This document shows positions 55,160 through 64,000 of a stretch of DNA of 64,000 nt, one piece after another. Where the stretch lies: positions 32,001 through 96,000 of the IMG/VR virus record IMGVR_UViG_3300005288_000001; one strand, given 5' to 3'. The translations under genes were made by a program, and so were the position numbers. The number at the start of each line of letters is the position of its first letter. The first letter of the stretch is position 1. The notes under the pieces were generated by a model. That model did no database searches, was not told where the DNA came from, and saw nothing but the letters and a program-made list of their open reading frames with translations. The DNA is from a virus.

Positions 55160-57313
55160 TTACGCGATGCTTTTAATAAACCTATCCAGCAACACGCGGT
55201 TTCGCTTACGATTGTTCATTTGCGCCGTAAGAGCATTGGCTGCTTGTTCAGCAGTGGCCTTCCCAGTAACAGCATTCAGATTTGCGGTTTGGGTTGCAAG
55301 ACTCTGATTTGAGATGATGAACATCTCATCCCGGGATTTCGATTTCAGCATGTAGACGTTATCCTTCAGGATGTCCGCTCGACACTGCGTAGCCATTCTG
55401 GTAATTTCCACCGAATTGACCGAGCGTCCGATCATCGATTGAATGGCATGCCCATAACTCGTGCTGGACTCGATGTGGAAACCAATACTGGTCACCGTTG
55501 CCGTGTCCTTCAGATATGTGAGAATAGCATGTGTCTGTCCTGATTCTCCTTCGTTTACTTCATAGTCCACCTTCGTCTTTTCGTTACGAATCCAGTGGCG
55601 AGCCTTAACCGACTTACCACCCAGGTATGCTGTTGATGGGAAGGCATGGACGCTGTGTCCTTCACCATCCGTCATCGTAATGAAACTCAGCTTTTCCAGA
55701 TTGTGCTTTGCACGAAACTCCGGCAGATACCGAGTCATAAAGATCAGAGCTTCGTTAAGTGGTGTTCCACCAAGCCCGTATCCAGGAAGAGCCGTAAGTG
55801 CCTGTGAGAGTAAACGATCCGTCATACTCGAATATTCCTTATTCGTCATCTGGCTAGACAGCAGATTCAGCAAATGGAAGCGACCGTCACCAACCTGCAT
55901 CGCGTTCTTACTCTTTGCTTGACGAAGTTTCTCACCTTCACGAATCTTTGCATTGGCTGTTCCGGCACGTTGCTCTGGCGAATAAGCCAAATAGCCAGTC
56001 GTGAAAGCGAACACCTCAAAGGGAATTTGGCAGCGTCGGCAGAAAGTGGCAAGGTCAATCGTTTGACGCAGAACCTGGTCGATCGTATACATCATCGATC
56101 CACTCCAGTCAACCAAGAAGACCATACCATGGTTCTTACCCTTGGGGATAACTGAATTGCGTCTGAAGATGTCGTCCTTGAGCGAGTAGGCGAAGAGCTT
56201 CCTCGAATCAAGCATACCCGTCTTGGATACCGTTACACGCTTCTGTGCTTCGGCTGACTTGCGCATCTCGAATTCCTTAATCAGGAACCCGATGTCATTC
56301 TTGGAACGTTCCTTGAAGTCGCGGATGGAAGCAAGCTTGGCCTGAGTGATCGATTGGTCGATCGTAGCTGTTTCCTTGAGGACTCGTGCGAACGGGACCA
56401 CAGGATGGTTGCCATACAGCGGCACGATGGTGTGATAGTTGTACTTCACGTCCATCACAGCTGAGTTGGAAATCGCCTTATCGAATGCAGCGGTAGTCTT
56501 CGACTCCAGATAATTGGAAACACCCGGCTTGGATTTCAACCCACCGCCACCCATGCTTCCCTTCAGGCCAGGAGTGGTCTTTTGGCCATTCTTGCCATCG
56601 CCGTCTCCATCCTCAGAGTCACCATCACCTCCGCCACCTTCACCGTCCTCATCGCCGGAACACGAGTCACCGTCTTCTTCCTCACCATCTTTGTCGCCAG
56701 AAGAAGGTTGACCCTTGCCTTTGGATTGTTGCGGAGGCTTTGGGGGAATTGGTGGGACTTTGCCTTGACTACGTTGGTACTCGAAGATATCGGCAGCAAG
56801 GTCAAGAGCGTCTTGTTCGGACTCGGTTTGGCCGGCACGAACCACAAAATCGTATTCTTCGTCAGTGAAGTCAACGCCGCAATCGTGTCCAACCTTGTAA
56901 AAAAGATTGATACGGTCGATCAGGTTGTACTCGTCAAGGTTCTTTCCCTTGGCACCGAAGAAGTCCAGGTCATTGAGTTCCTTGTACATACCGGACAGCG
57001 ACTTGCGCAGACCAGGGAACTCACGCTTCATGTGCTTTTCGATGCGGACGTCTTCGACGACGTTGAAATAGCTAGGGAGGCGTTCGTCGATGTTGTTGGC
57101 TTTTTCGATAAGCTTCCACGACGTATGTTTGGCGTGTCCAACCTCATGGCCGACCATACCTTCTTCGATGGTGTCAGTCATTCCCTTGAAGATTGGCATG
57201 GTCAGGACACGTTCCACGACGTCAAAGGACGCAGTGCGAACGTTATCCCGAATCACAGATAGGTTTTCTGTCGCTAGGAGGCGGGCGACAATGTCAATGA
57301 CTTTTTCACTCAT
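55160..57313 (-). CDS. CobT-like protein: HExxH peptidase-like domain plus vWA
   Basis: HEVGH, NVVEDVRIE, MIDAS DWSGSM, GGTPL, TDGE. Confidence 0.85.
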   Translation of the reverse strand: MSEKVIDIVARLLATENLSVIRDNVRTASFDVVERVLTMPIFKGMTDTIEEGMVGHEVGHAKHTSWKLIEKANNIDERLPSYFNVVEDVRIEKHMKREFPGLRKSLSGMYKELNDLDFFGAKGKNLDEYNLIDRINLFYKVGHDCGVDFTDEEYDFVVRAGQTESEQDALDLAADIFEYQRSQGKVPPIPPKPPQQSKGKGQPSSGDKDGEEEDGDSCSGDEDGEGGGGDGDSEDGDGDGKNGQKTTPGLKGSMGGGGLKSKPGVSNYLESKTTAAFDKAISNSAVMDVKYNYHTIVPLYGNHPVVPFARVLKETATIDQSITQAKLASIRDFKERSKNDIGFLIKEFEMRKSAEAQKRVTVSKTGMLDSRKLFAYSLKDDIFRRNSVIPKGKNHGMVFLVDWSGSMMYTIDQVLRQTIDLATFCRRCQIPFEVFAFTTGYLAYSPEQRAGTANAKIREGEKLRQAKSKNAMQVGDGRFHLLNLLSSQMTNKEYSSMTDRLLSQALTALPGYGLGGTPLNEALIFMTRYLPEFRAKHNLEKLSFITMTDGEGHSVHAFPSTAYLGGKSVKARHWIRNEKTKVDYEVNEGESGQTHAILTYLKDTATVTSIGFHIESSTSYGHAIQSMIGRSVNSVEITRMATQCRADILKDNVYMLKSKSRDEMFIISNQSLATQTANLNAVTGKATAEQAANALTAQMNNRKRNRVLLDRFIKSIA

Positions 57314-57352
57314 ACCTCAAGTATACCTGAGGTTTTAGAGCAGTTTGGCCTG

Positions 57353-59074
57353 TTATTTCAGTTCAGCCATTGCCGAGTAATTACCCTTCTTCTCGAACTT
57401 CAGAACACGAGCGAATTTGTCAATATGCTTATCCACCGAGTGTGATACGACGAACACATGGGTGCCATCGGCAGCGAGCGCATTGATCAGGTCTTGAGCA
57501 GAGTCATTACCTTCATCATCCAGGGAACCGTCCATCACCTCATCAAGGATTAGCAAATTGGTATTTGCCGAGTTCTTCATGCGAGCAATCTGGCGCCATG
57601 TGAATAGAATAGATAAATCAATACGCTGACGTTCACCTTCAGAGAAAGATGCGTAAGAGAATTCATCCCGATAACGAGATTTAATAGTTTCTTCGAATTG
57701 TTCATCTAGTTCAAATTGAATAAAGCTATCCTGGACCTGGAGATACTTGTTAATGAGCTTGTTCATTAGCGGCAGATACTCGCGGACCACGTTGGTCTTA
57801 ATGCCGGAATCCTTTAGCAGCGTCGAGGCAACTTCTTGCAGATTACGCTTCTCGGTTAGCTCGATCTTCTCTTCCAACATAGCAGTAATAGCTGCTGCAA
57901 GGGTTTTCAGCTTGACCTTTTCCTTATCTATGTCACCAGTGTTCGCGCTCAATTCCTTAATTTGATTTTCATAATCAACTGTCTGGCGGCGAATAGTTCG
58001 AACTTCAGATTGGATACCTGAATGATCAATCTGCAATTGCTGGAGGTCTGCATAGCATTGGTCGAATTGATTGCTCTTATCGATCAGTTCTTGTTGCTTT
58101 ATCTTTAGTTCGTTACGACTAATATGGATATCTTGGCGTTCGGACTCAAGTTTTTCATTGATTTCATGCTTGTGTTCGGTGTCAATACCCTGTCGGCAAA
58201 CCGAACACTCATCATGGTTTTCAAAGAAACTGAGTTCACTCATCACTTCCTGAAGGCGGCTGATCTTTTGACGGATATCAGAATTGACTTTTTCCAGGTC
58301 TTCCTTGAAAGAAAAGGACTCAAGTTCAAGTTTCTTAGCCTGCATCTGGTCTTCCAGAATTGTCAGGTCTTTCTCAAGAGCTTCGATGCGGCGATTGTTA
58401 TTATCAATCTTATGCTCAAGATCAGCTGTATTGTCTTCTTTGGACTTCTTCATTAAGTCAATGAAGGATCGCTGCGATTCGATTTGATTCTTGAGAGACG
58501 CGATATTCAAATTGATATCGGCCAATGCGGTCTTGGCTTCCGCTACCTTTTCCTTAAGGACGACTCCCATTGTCGAGAAAATCTTGATGTCAAGAATGTC
58601 CTCAATAACTTCGCGACGGTGACCAGCGGGCAGCTTCATAAAAGGAGTGAAGCTTGACGCGCCCAGGATGACTACTTGGGTAAAGGTCTTGTGGTTGAAT
58701 TTAAGGATTTGCGTTTCAAGAACCTTTTGATAGTCCTTTGTGGCCGCGTCTTGTTGAAGGAGCTTTCCGTCAATCTTAATCTCGAACAGATTCGGCTTAA
58801 TTCCACGTGTGACTTCGTAGTGTTTTCCTTCAGTCTTGAAGTTAACGCAAACCTTACACGCCTTTCCATTAACCGAATTGACAAGCTGGTTCTTAGTGAT
58901 ATTACGGAACGGTTTGCCAAAAAGAGCAAAGCATAAAGCGTCAAGGAGGGTGCTTTTGCCGTGGCCGTTCTTCCCGATGACGAGTGTGGTCGGCGCGCCG
59001 TTAAGCGAGATCTTAGTCCCGGCATTACCCGTCGAAAGGAAGTTTTGCCAGAAGACATCTTCAAAGTTAATCAT
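57353..59074 (-). CDS. 46: Rad50/SbcC-like recombination ATPase (gp46)
   Basis: GKNGHGKS, CSVC hook, FSEGE, LDEVMD, SH. Confidence 0.97.
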   Translation of the reverse strand: MINFEDVFWQNFLSTGNAGTKISLNGAPTTLVIGKNGHGKSTLLDALCFALFGKPFRNITKNQLVNSVNGKACKVCVNFKTEGKHYEVTRGIKPNLFEIKIDGKLLQQDAATKDYQKVLETQILKFNHKTFTQVVILGASSFTPFMKLPAGHRREVIEDILDIKIFSTMGVVLKEKVAEAKTALADINLNIASLKNQIESQRSFIDLMKKSKEDNTADLEHKIDNNNRRIEALEKDLTILEDQMQAKKLELESFSFKEDLEKVNSDIRQKISRLQEVMSELSFFENHDECSVCRQGIDTEHKHEINEKLESERQDIHISRNELKIKQQELIDKSNQFDQCYADLQQLQIDHSGIQSEVRTIRRQTVDYENQIKELSANTGDIDKEKVKLKTLAAAITAMLEEKIELTEKRNLQEVASTLLKDSGIKTNVVREYLPLMNKLINKYLQVQDSFIQFELDEQFEETIKSRYRDEFSYASFSEGERQRIDLSILFTWRQIARMKNSANTNLLILDEVMDGSLDDEGNDSAQDLINALAADGTHVFVVSHSVDKHIDKFARVLKFEKKGNYSAMAELK

Positions 59075-59223
59075 GTTTGTTGAGAATTTTCTTCGCTGTT
59101 TGTTCCAGCGTCAATTTGTTTTGCGAATGTTTCCAACGTGTATATCTTCGAGACATTTCGCCATACATCTCATCGTACGCCCAAACTGTACGACACATTA
59201 TGGCCAACGCATATTCAACGAAA

Positions 59224-60270
59224 TTATGTTTCAATGTTAATTGCCTCAATGTACAGAGATTTCATATATGATTTGATCTTCTCTTTATCGGCCGTTGTTT
59301 CTACCGAGTCAACATAGCTGCTCATGAGGGAAAGGGTATCTTCCAGATCAACCGTTTCGTCCACTGTGCCTTGCTTAAACTCGGTCATGTCCTCGATGAT
59401 CTTTACCTCGTATGCATTGGCTGTTTGGATGCCAGTCATAAAGGCGTCGAACTTCTTAATGTCTTTCTTATTGGTCACGACAATACGAACGAACTTTTCA
59501 AAGCACTCAGCAGGGTCAAGAGTAATTGGCTTATCCTCGTCGTATTCATAGCGGATATGAATCGTATGTGGATTCTCAATGAACTCTAGTTTTCGCGTTT
59601 CGGTGTCGAAGACATGAAAGCCACGAGGATCACCTGCATCTTGCCAGGTAAGTTCGTAAGGAGTTCCAACATAAGTGATGTTTCCATTTTCAGATCTTGT
59701 ATGGAAGTGACCGGAGAGTACTCTCTCATATTTCGCGAATACAGATGGAGAAAGACCACCGTGAGCGGCCATACCACGATACATTGCAAAACCGTCAATC
59801 TCAAAATGTCCAACGCAAAGATCAGACTTCGAGTCCTGAATGTATTCATTGATTGCATCGTAATTCTCTTTGCATATCCAGGGGATAACGTCGATACTCG
59901 TTCCGTCGCAATCCAATGTGGTTGGGCTATCGTAACACCAAACGTTCCCGAATTCACCGAGGACCTGTTGGGTAGAATTAACCTTCAGACTTTCACGATA
60001 ATAGATGTCGTGATTGCCTAGGAGGGTGTGGATTTCGTATTGGCCACCCGATGCTGGCGCGAAGAATTGAGCCTTGCAGTCAGCCAGCGACTGCATATTG
60101 ATATACTTCCGAACGTCAAAAAGATCGCCAAGTTGTATAATATATTTGATCCCGTTCGCCCGAAGGTATGGGAAGAAGATATCTTGGTAGAAATATCCCA
60201 TATACTTCGAGAAAGCCGGCGAAGCATTTCGCGCGCCAAAGTGTGTATCGCCTAAGATTGCAATCTTCAT
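59224..60270 (-). CDS. 47: Mre11/SbcD-like nuclease (gp47)
   Basis: GDTHFG, GDLFD, GNHD, GHFE, SGHFH. Confidence 0.97.
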   Translation of the reverse strand: MKIAILGDTHFGARNASPAFSKYMGYFYQDIFFPYLRANGIKYIIQLGDLFDVRKYINMQSLADCKAQFFAPASGGQYEIHTLLGNHDIYYRESLKVNSTQQVLGEFGNVWCYDSPTTLDCDGTSIDVIPWICKENYDAINEYIQDSKSDLCVGHFEIDGFAMYRGMAAHGGLSPSVFAKYERVLSGHFHTRSENGNITYVGTPYELTWQDAGDPRGFHVFDTETRKLEFIENPHTIHIRYEYDEDKPITLDPAECFEKFVRIVVTNKKDIKKFDAFMTGIQTANAYEVKIIEDMTEFKQGTVDETVDLEDTLSLMSSYVDSVETTADKEKIKSYMKSLYIEAINIET

Positions 60271-60660
60271 GGATTAGCTGACGGTTTTAGAATGTCCTCA
60301 ACCAGTTTCACAGGGAGAACAAACATATGGCCCATTATCATTTCGGAGTCTTTTTCGGGCATATCAGTTTTCGTGAATGTGATATCGTCTATGAGCATTT
60401 GAGCCAGAGCCAGAGCCATTTGGCGCTTGACCGAGATCTTCCATTCTTGCTCAGAATTGTACAATTCACGATTACCACTGGCAACCTCCATACGAACTTC
60501 GTACAGATGCTTGTCCATCTTAACAGCCAAGAGACCCATCTTAGTCCATTTGGCGTAAGGAGTTCCTTCTGGCTCCTTCACGACCGCAACTACTCGATGT
60601 TGCTGGCTAAGAGTTCCACCAAGTTTGGGATCGTAAGCGTCAGGAAGGGGAAGCAAGGTT

Positions 60661-61320
60661 TTAGGAGTCGTCATCATTAAGTAAGTCTTCAGGAATTGGA
60701 AGACCCTCAAAGTCTGGGTCAGCCAACTCTTCTATCACAGGGTCCTCGACAAATTCGGCGAGGGACGGTTCGCTACTCTTCTTGGATTTCTTAGGCTTCT
60801 TTTTATCGAATACCGAAGTATCTACGTCGGAATGTTGTTGCATGAATTCAACCATAGAATTCGTGAACAAGCCGTCTTCATCATGCACTTGGAGGTCAAA
60901 CTGATTCTCCCATAGCATGCTGGTAACCATCTTTCCCTTAATCGCAGCTTGCTTCTTTTCGCGCGTAATGCGGCGAACGAAAGCATAGTAATTGATCTGG
61001 GTAAAATAGGCAAACGGCTTTGCGTAGTTGTAGGGATCGTAATTATCCAAATATCGAAGACAGTTTTCGATCCCGTCACTAATCATTTCGTCGCGGTATG
61101 AGTAACCTATAAAGTTTGACTTATAAGCTAGATGGCGCGCTATCTGGTAGATGCATGTTCCAATATACTCGGAAACTTGTGGCTTTTCTAAGCCTGCTTC
61201 TTTGGCAGCGTCGACTGCGGCACGGCGTTCCAGCATCGCAGCTTGGAACATCTCGTTATCCACGTAGTGGTGGGCGGTCGATTCAGGGGGATTTTCGGGG
61301 GTCAGTTCTGGCTCACTCAT
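60661..61320 (-). CDS. 55: Late-transcription sigma factor (gp55)
   Basis: HYVDN, NFIGYSYRDEMISDGIEN, PFAYFTQI. Confidence 0.95.
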   Translation of the reverse strand: MSEPELTPENPPESTAHHYVDNEMFQAAMLERRAAVDAAKEAGLEKPQVSEYIGTCIYQIARHLAYKSNFIGYSYRDEMISDGIENCLRYLDNYDPYNYAKPFAYFTQINYYAFVRRITREKKQAAIKGKMVTSMLWENQFDLQVHDEDGLFTNSMVEFMQQHSDVDTSVFDKKKPKKSKKSSEPSLAEFVEDPVIEELADPDFEGLPIPEDLLNDDDS

Positions 61321-61400
61321 AGATAAATTATACCCTAAGATGGACAGAATGGCTAGTTTCACTCCAACTGGGTAATAGTTGGTAAAATAGTGGAACACCG

Positions 61401-61438
61401 CTTTACTTCTACTTTACAGGGTGTCATAATAGCGGTGT
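61401..61438 (+). promoter_or_regulatory. 38-bp repeated promoter-like element, copy 2
   Basis: 35/38 identical to 18737-18774. Confidence 0.65.
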
Positions 61439-61463
61439 GGTGTCTGAAGTATGCCGTTGAAGT

Positions 61464-61814
61464 CTATTGCAAAGTATCTACGGGTTCTACGTAAAATGTT
61501 TCTAAGTTATCTACGCGAGCAGGTTCGTCGGGAGCCGCTTCGTAGGCATCAACCATGTCCTTGTACGCCTGCATTAGCTCTTCCTTGAGAGGGGCAATGT
61601 AGATAAAGTGCTCGGGGTTCATCATCAGAACCTTGTCATCTGTGTAAGGACAGAAGGGTCGTAACATAGTTTTCACAACCATATAATCTCCATCCTGTAC
61701 AGTTTCCTTGGTCACCTCGAATGGGCATACGAGCTGAAGAATGTCTTTGTGAGGTTCACCGGCCAGAGCCACGATAGTTTCACCGGTGATAAGTTTGCCA
61801 ACGAGATAGTCCAT
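61464..61814 (-). CDS. Sm-like hypothetical protein
   Basis: KLITGETIV; lies between uvsW and 55. Confidence 0.65.
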   Translation of the reverse strand: MDYLVGKLITGETIVALAGEPHKDILQLVCPFEVTKETVQDGDYMVVKTMLRPFCPYTDDKVLMMNPEHFIYIAPLKEELMQAYKDMVDAYEAAPDEPARVDNLETFYVEPVDTLQ

Positions 61815-61821
61815 ATCCTAC

Positions 61822-63315
61822 TTAGCTGCTGATTGGTACGTTGATAATTTCGTACTCAAACTGCTCTGCATTATAAATTTTCACCCGTTCCATACAATGA
61901 ACCAAAGTCATGTTGGGCTTCTTTTTATAGCTCAAATCGTCGGCCAAATCAAAGAGACGGCAGAACTTCTTTCCGTCCTGGAGGCGGATACCGCGACCGA
62001 TGGATTGGAGGTTTCTGATCTTGCCTTTGCTCGGGCTGCTGAATATAATGTTGGCAATTTTCGGAAGGTTCTGGCCGGTCGCGAAGCTCTGCGAGCTAGC
62101 AAAGAGCACCGCATTCTCTTCACGAGAAAGAGCGTCCTTAATTCTGTCACGCTCCGCCGTACTGATTCCTCCATGGATGAGGTACGCTGGCGTGTCCGGG
62201 AACTGCGCCCTGAATGCTTCGTAGAGTGGCTTCCCGTGTTTTTCCACGAACTGGAAGAGCACGAGCGTGACGCCCTTCTGAGCTGCTGCGAGCTTGCAGA
62301 TCATTTTGTTACGCTTACCATTTCGCACTATCCAATCGAGTTCGCCCTGGTATTCGAGGTCCTTAACAAACGCCTTATCCTCCGCCGAGTAACCAAGCAT
62401 GAGAATCTTGATCTTGAGATCAGAAACTCGTCCGGCGTCCATAAGCTCCCGAGTCGTTGATACCTGGTGAACGGGTCCGAAGTGTCCTTCTAGAGTTAGC
62501 TTGTTCACCTTGCCGTCTTTGATTGTGCCCGTCGTGCCGATACGATAGGACACATCAGTCATCTTGGCCATGCAAGTCGAAAGGCTTGCTGCCGCAAACA
62601 GGTGCGCTTCGTCACCGATCACACAATCGAATTGGTTAAACCAGCTTGCAGGCTGTTTGTAAACACTCTGCCAGGTGGAAACCACCACCTTCGTGTTCAC
62701 CGTCTTGGTGAAGCCAGAGAAGATTGGTTGAGTGTGTTCTTCCACATCCCAGCCATTGGCCGTTGAGTAGTCAGCAAAGTCGGCGCGTAGCTGTGTCACC
62801 AGCGTCGTGGTTGGTACGAGGATTAGAATGGTGAAACCATGCTTGACCAAGAGCCAACGCATGATAAGGTAGATGATAAGCGATTTACCACTTGCCGTTG
62901 GGCTCAGTAGGAGTCGACGCTTATCATTAAGTCCGATAAGGCATGCCAGAGATTGGTAGTCGTAAACTTCGATGGATTTTCCTCGGGCGTGGATGTCCAG
63001 GTCGGAGATAAACTCAGCAAGGTCATCAGCTGACACTGTTGCAACTGGCTCAGGACTCGGACCCACGGTTTGAAGTTCGATGTCGCGCTCTGCGCAGAAG
63101 TGTTTGAGGTATCCATAGAGTCCTGCTGGAAGTGTTTTACGGACGATTGAATACATCCGTGCTTTGCCGTCCCACAGCTTCGCGCGGAACTTTGGCATGA
63201 ATTTGTAGCCGTCAACGAAGAACGAGAAATAATCCTCGAGCGCGTATTCGACGTCAGCGTCGCCCCAAACTAGCAGGTTACTTTCGTCCCGCTTTTCGAC
63301 TTTCAGAATTGACAT
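61822..63315 (-). CDS. uvsW: SF2 helicase UvsW
   Basis: YMPK-like FMPK..WDGK, SPTASGKS, DEAH, GTTGT, LQSIGR. Confidence 0.95.
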   Translation of the reverse strand: MSILKVEKRDESNLLVWGDADVEYALEDYFSFFVDGYKFMPKFRAKLWDGKARMYSIVRKTLPAGLYGYLKHFCAERDIELQTVGPSPEPVATVSADDLAEFISDLDIHARGKSIEVYDYQSLACLIGLNDKRRLLLSPTASGKSLIIYLIMRWLLVKHGFTILILVPTTTLVTQLRADFADYSTANGWDVEEHTQPIFSGFTKTVNTKVVVSTWQSVYKQPASWFNQFDCVIGDEAHLFAAASLSTCMAKMTDVSYRIGTTGTIKDGKVNKLTLEGHFGPVHQVSTTRELMDAGRVSDLKIKILMLGYSAEDKAFVKDLEYQGELDWIVRNGKRNKMICKLAAAQKGVTLVLFQFVEKHGKPLYEAFRAQFPDTPAYLIHGGISTAERDRIKDALSREENAVLFASSQSFATGQNLPKIANIIFSSPSKGKIRNLQSIGRGIRLQDGKKFCRLFDLADDLSYKKKPNMTLVHCMERVKIYNAEQFEYEIINVPISS

Positions 63316-63505
63316 AATTTATCTTTGGAATGGTTCGCAAGTTCTTCATCAGATCAAGCTGGAATTGTGTAGTAGTGTGTGACGGAGTGTAAGTGTTATC
63401 TTGGCCAGGTATGTATGGCGCAAAGAAATAGCCAGTGTCTATTGTTGTCTGGCCCTTGTATCCAATGTCAACCGCTGGATACTTATCAACGTAGATATTC
63501 ATCAT
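63278..63505 (-). CDS. Small protein carrying a major-capsid (gp23)-like peptide
   Basis: GYKGQTTIDTGYFFAPYIP; ATGA-coupled to uvsY. Confidence 0.55.
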   Translation of the reverse strand: MMNIYVDKYPAVDIGYKGQTTIDTGYFFAPYIPGQDNTYTPSHTTTQFQLDLMKNLRTIPKINYVNSESRKAGRK

Positions 63506-63939
63506 GCGCCTGCCAGGAATTTCTTATATTCAATTGCGTTCTTGATATCCCAGCCTCGCGACTTGATACCGTTCATAATCGACTCAAGGAAGTAAACCAT
63601 GGTTTCCATGTATTCAATCTTGATGGCGATCTTCGTCAGGTTGCCGTCGCCTTCCAGCAATTCATCCATAACGTTCTTGATTGGTTTGACGCCTTGATAC
63701 TGTTCCCATTTCTGGGCATCAAGTTCTTCACGGGTGAGTTCGCCTCGATAGTAACGGAAGCGAAGCTGACGCATGTTGTTGTATTCCATATTCAACGCCG
63801 ACTTTTTCATGCGCGCGTCGATAAGCAACCGAACATATTTTGCGTGAAGTTTTACGGTCTTCAGGGATTCATCATCTAGGTGGAGAGGATTGATTTCACA
63901 ATCGCGTTCCCACTCGTCCTTCAAGTCATCTAATTTCAT
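63502..63939 (-). CDS. uvsY: Recombination mediator UvsY
   Basis: W..D..I, LHAKY, YY.G, RGWDIKNAIE..KF.AG. Confidence 0.93.
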   Translation of the reverse strand: MKLDDLKDEWERDCEINPLHLDDESLKTVKLHAKYVRLLIDARMKKSALNMEYNNMRQLRFRYYRGELTREELDAQKWEQYQGVKPIKNVMDELLEGDGNLTKIAIKIEYMETMVYFLESIMNGIKSRGWDIKNAIEYKKFLAGA

Positions 63940-64000
63940 AACTGTAGTTATACAGTCTTAAACTAGCGTGAAATAGTCGTATGTAAAGGTCGCCTGGCAG

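Noticed and set aside
53938-57313. Cobalamin biosynthesis (cobS/cobT) as a novel auxiliary pathway
   Set aside because: A MoxR AAA+/vWA pair is common in T4-like phages; no other cob genes are present.

Overview
A 64-kb segment of a large T4-like myophage genome. It uses the standard code and almost all genes are on the minus strand. Left end (0.5-6.9 kb, plus a satellite at 12.4-12.7 kb): about 34 tRNA or tRNA-like genes. These include a UGA-reading tRNA(UCA), a tRNA with a 49-nt insert in the anticodon stem and a tRNA-His inside a long hairpin. They are interleaved with two families of non-cloverleaf small RNAs: CCA-ended mini-tRNAs and stem/CAGCAA elements. Middle: nucleotide metabolism (dCMP deaminase, NrdAB, ThyX, MazG-type enzymes), RNase H, primase, spanins and late/virion genes. 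Right: the T4 replication/recombination core (41, uvsX, 43, regA, 62, 44, 45, 46, 47, 55, uvsW, uvsY), an RNA-repair-like island and a MoxR/vWA pair. The best candidate for a new system is a DNA-hypermodification locus (26.6-36.4 kb). It combines a TET/JBP dioxygenase, a GREB1/TAGT-like glycosyltransferase, an aGPT-Pplase-type DNA transferase and a P-loop kinase with a myo-inositol-1-phosphate synthase and a HAD phosphatase, which suggests inositol-decorated DNA. The three DNA-acting enzymes end in the same LEDFF clamp-type peptide as the DNA polymerase. A second candidate is a UGA-readthrough cassette: the suppressor tRNA lies directly upstream of a Pth2-like gene whose frame opens with a single in-frame UGA. 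All family assignments come from motif recognition by eye; no searches were run.
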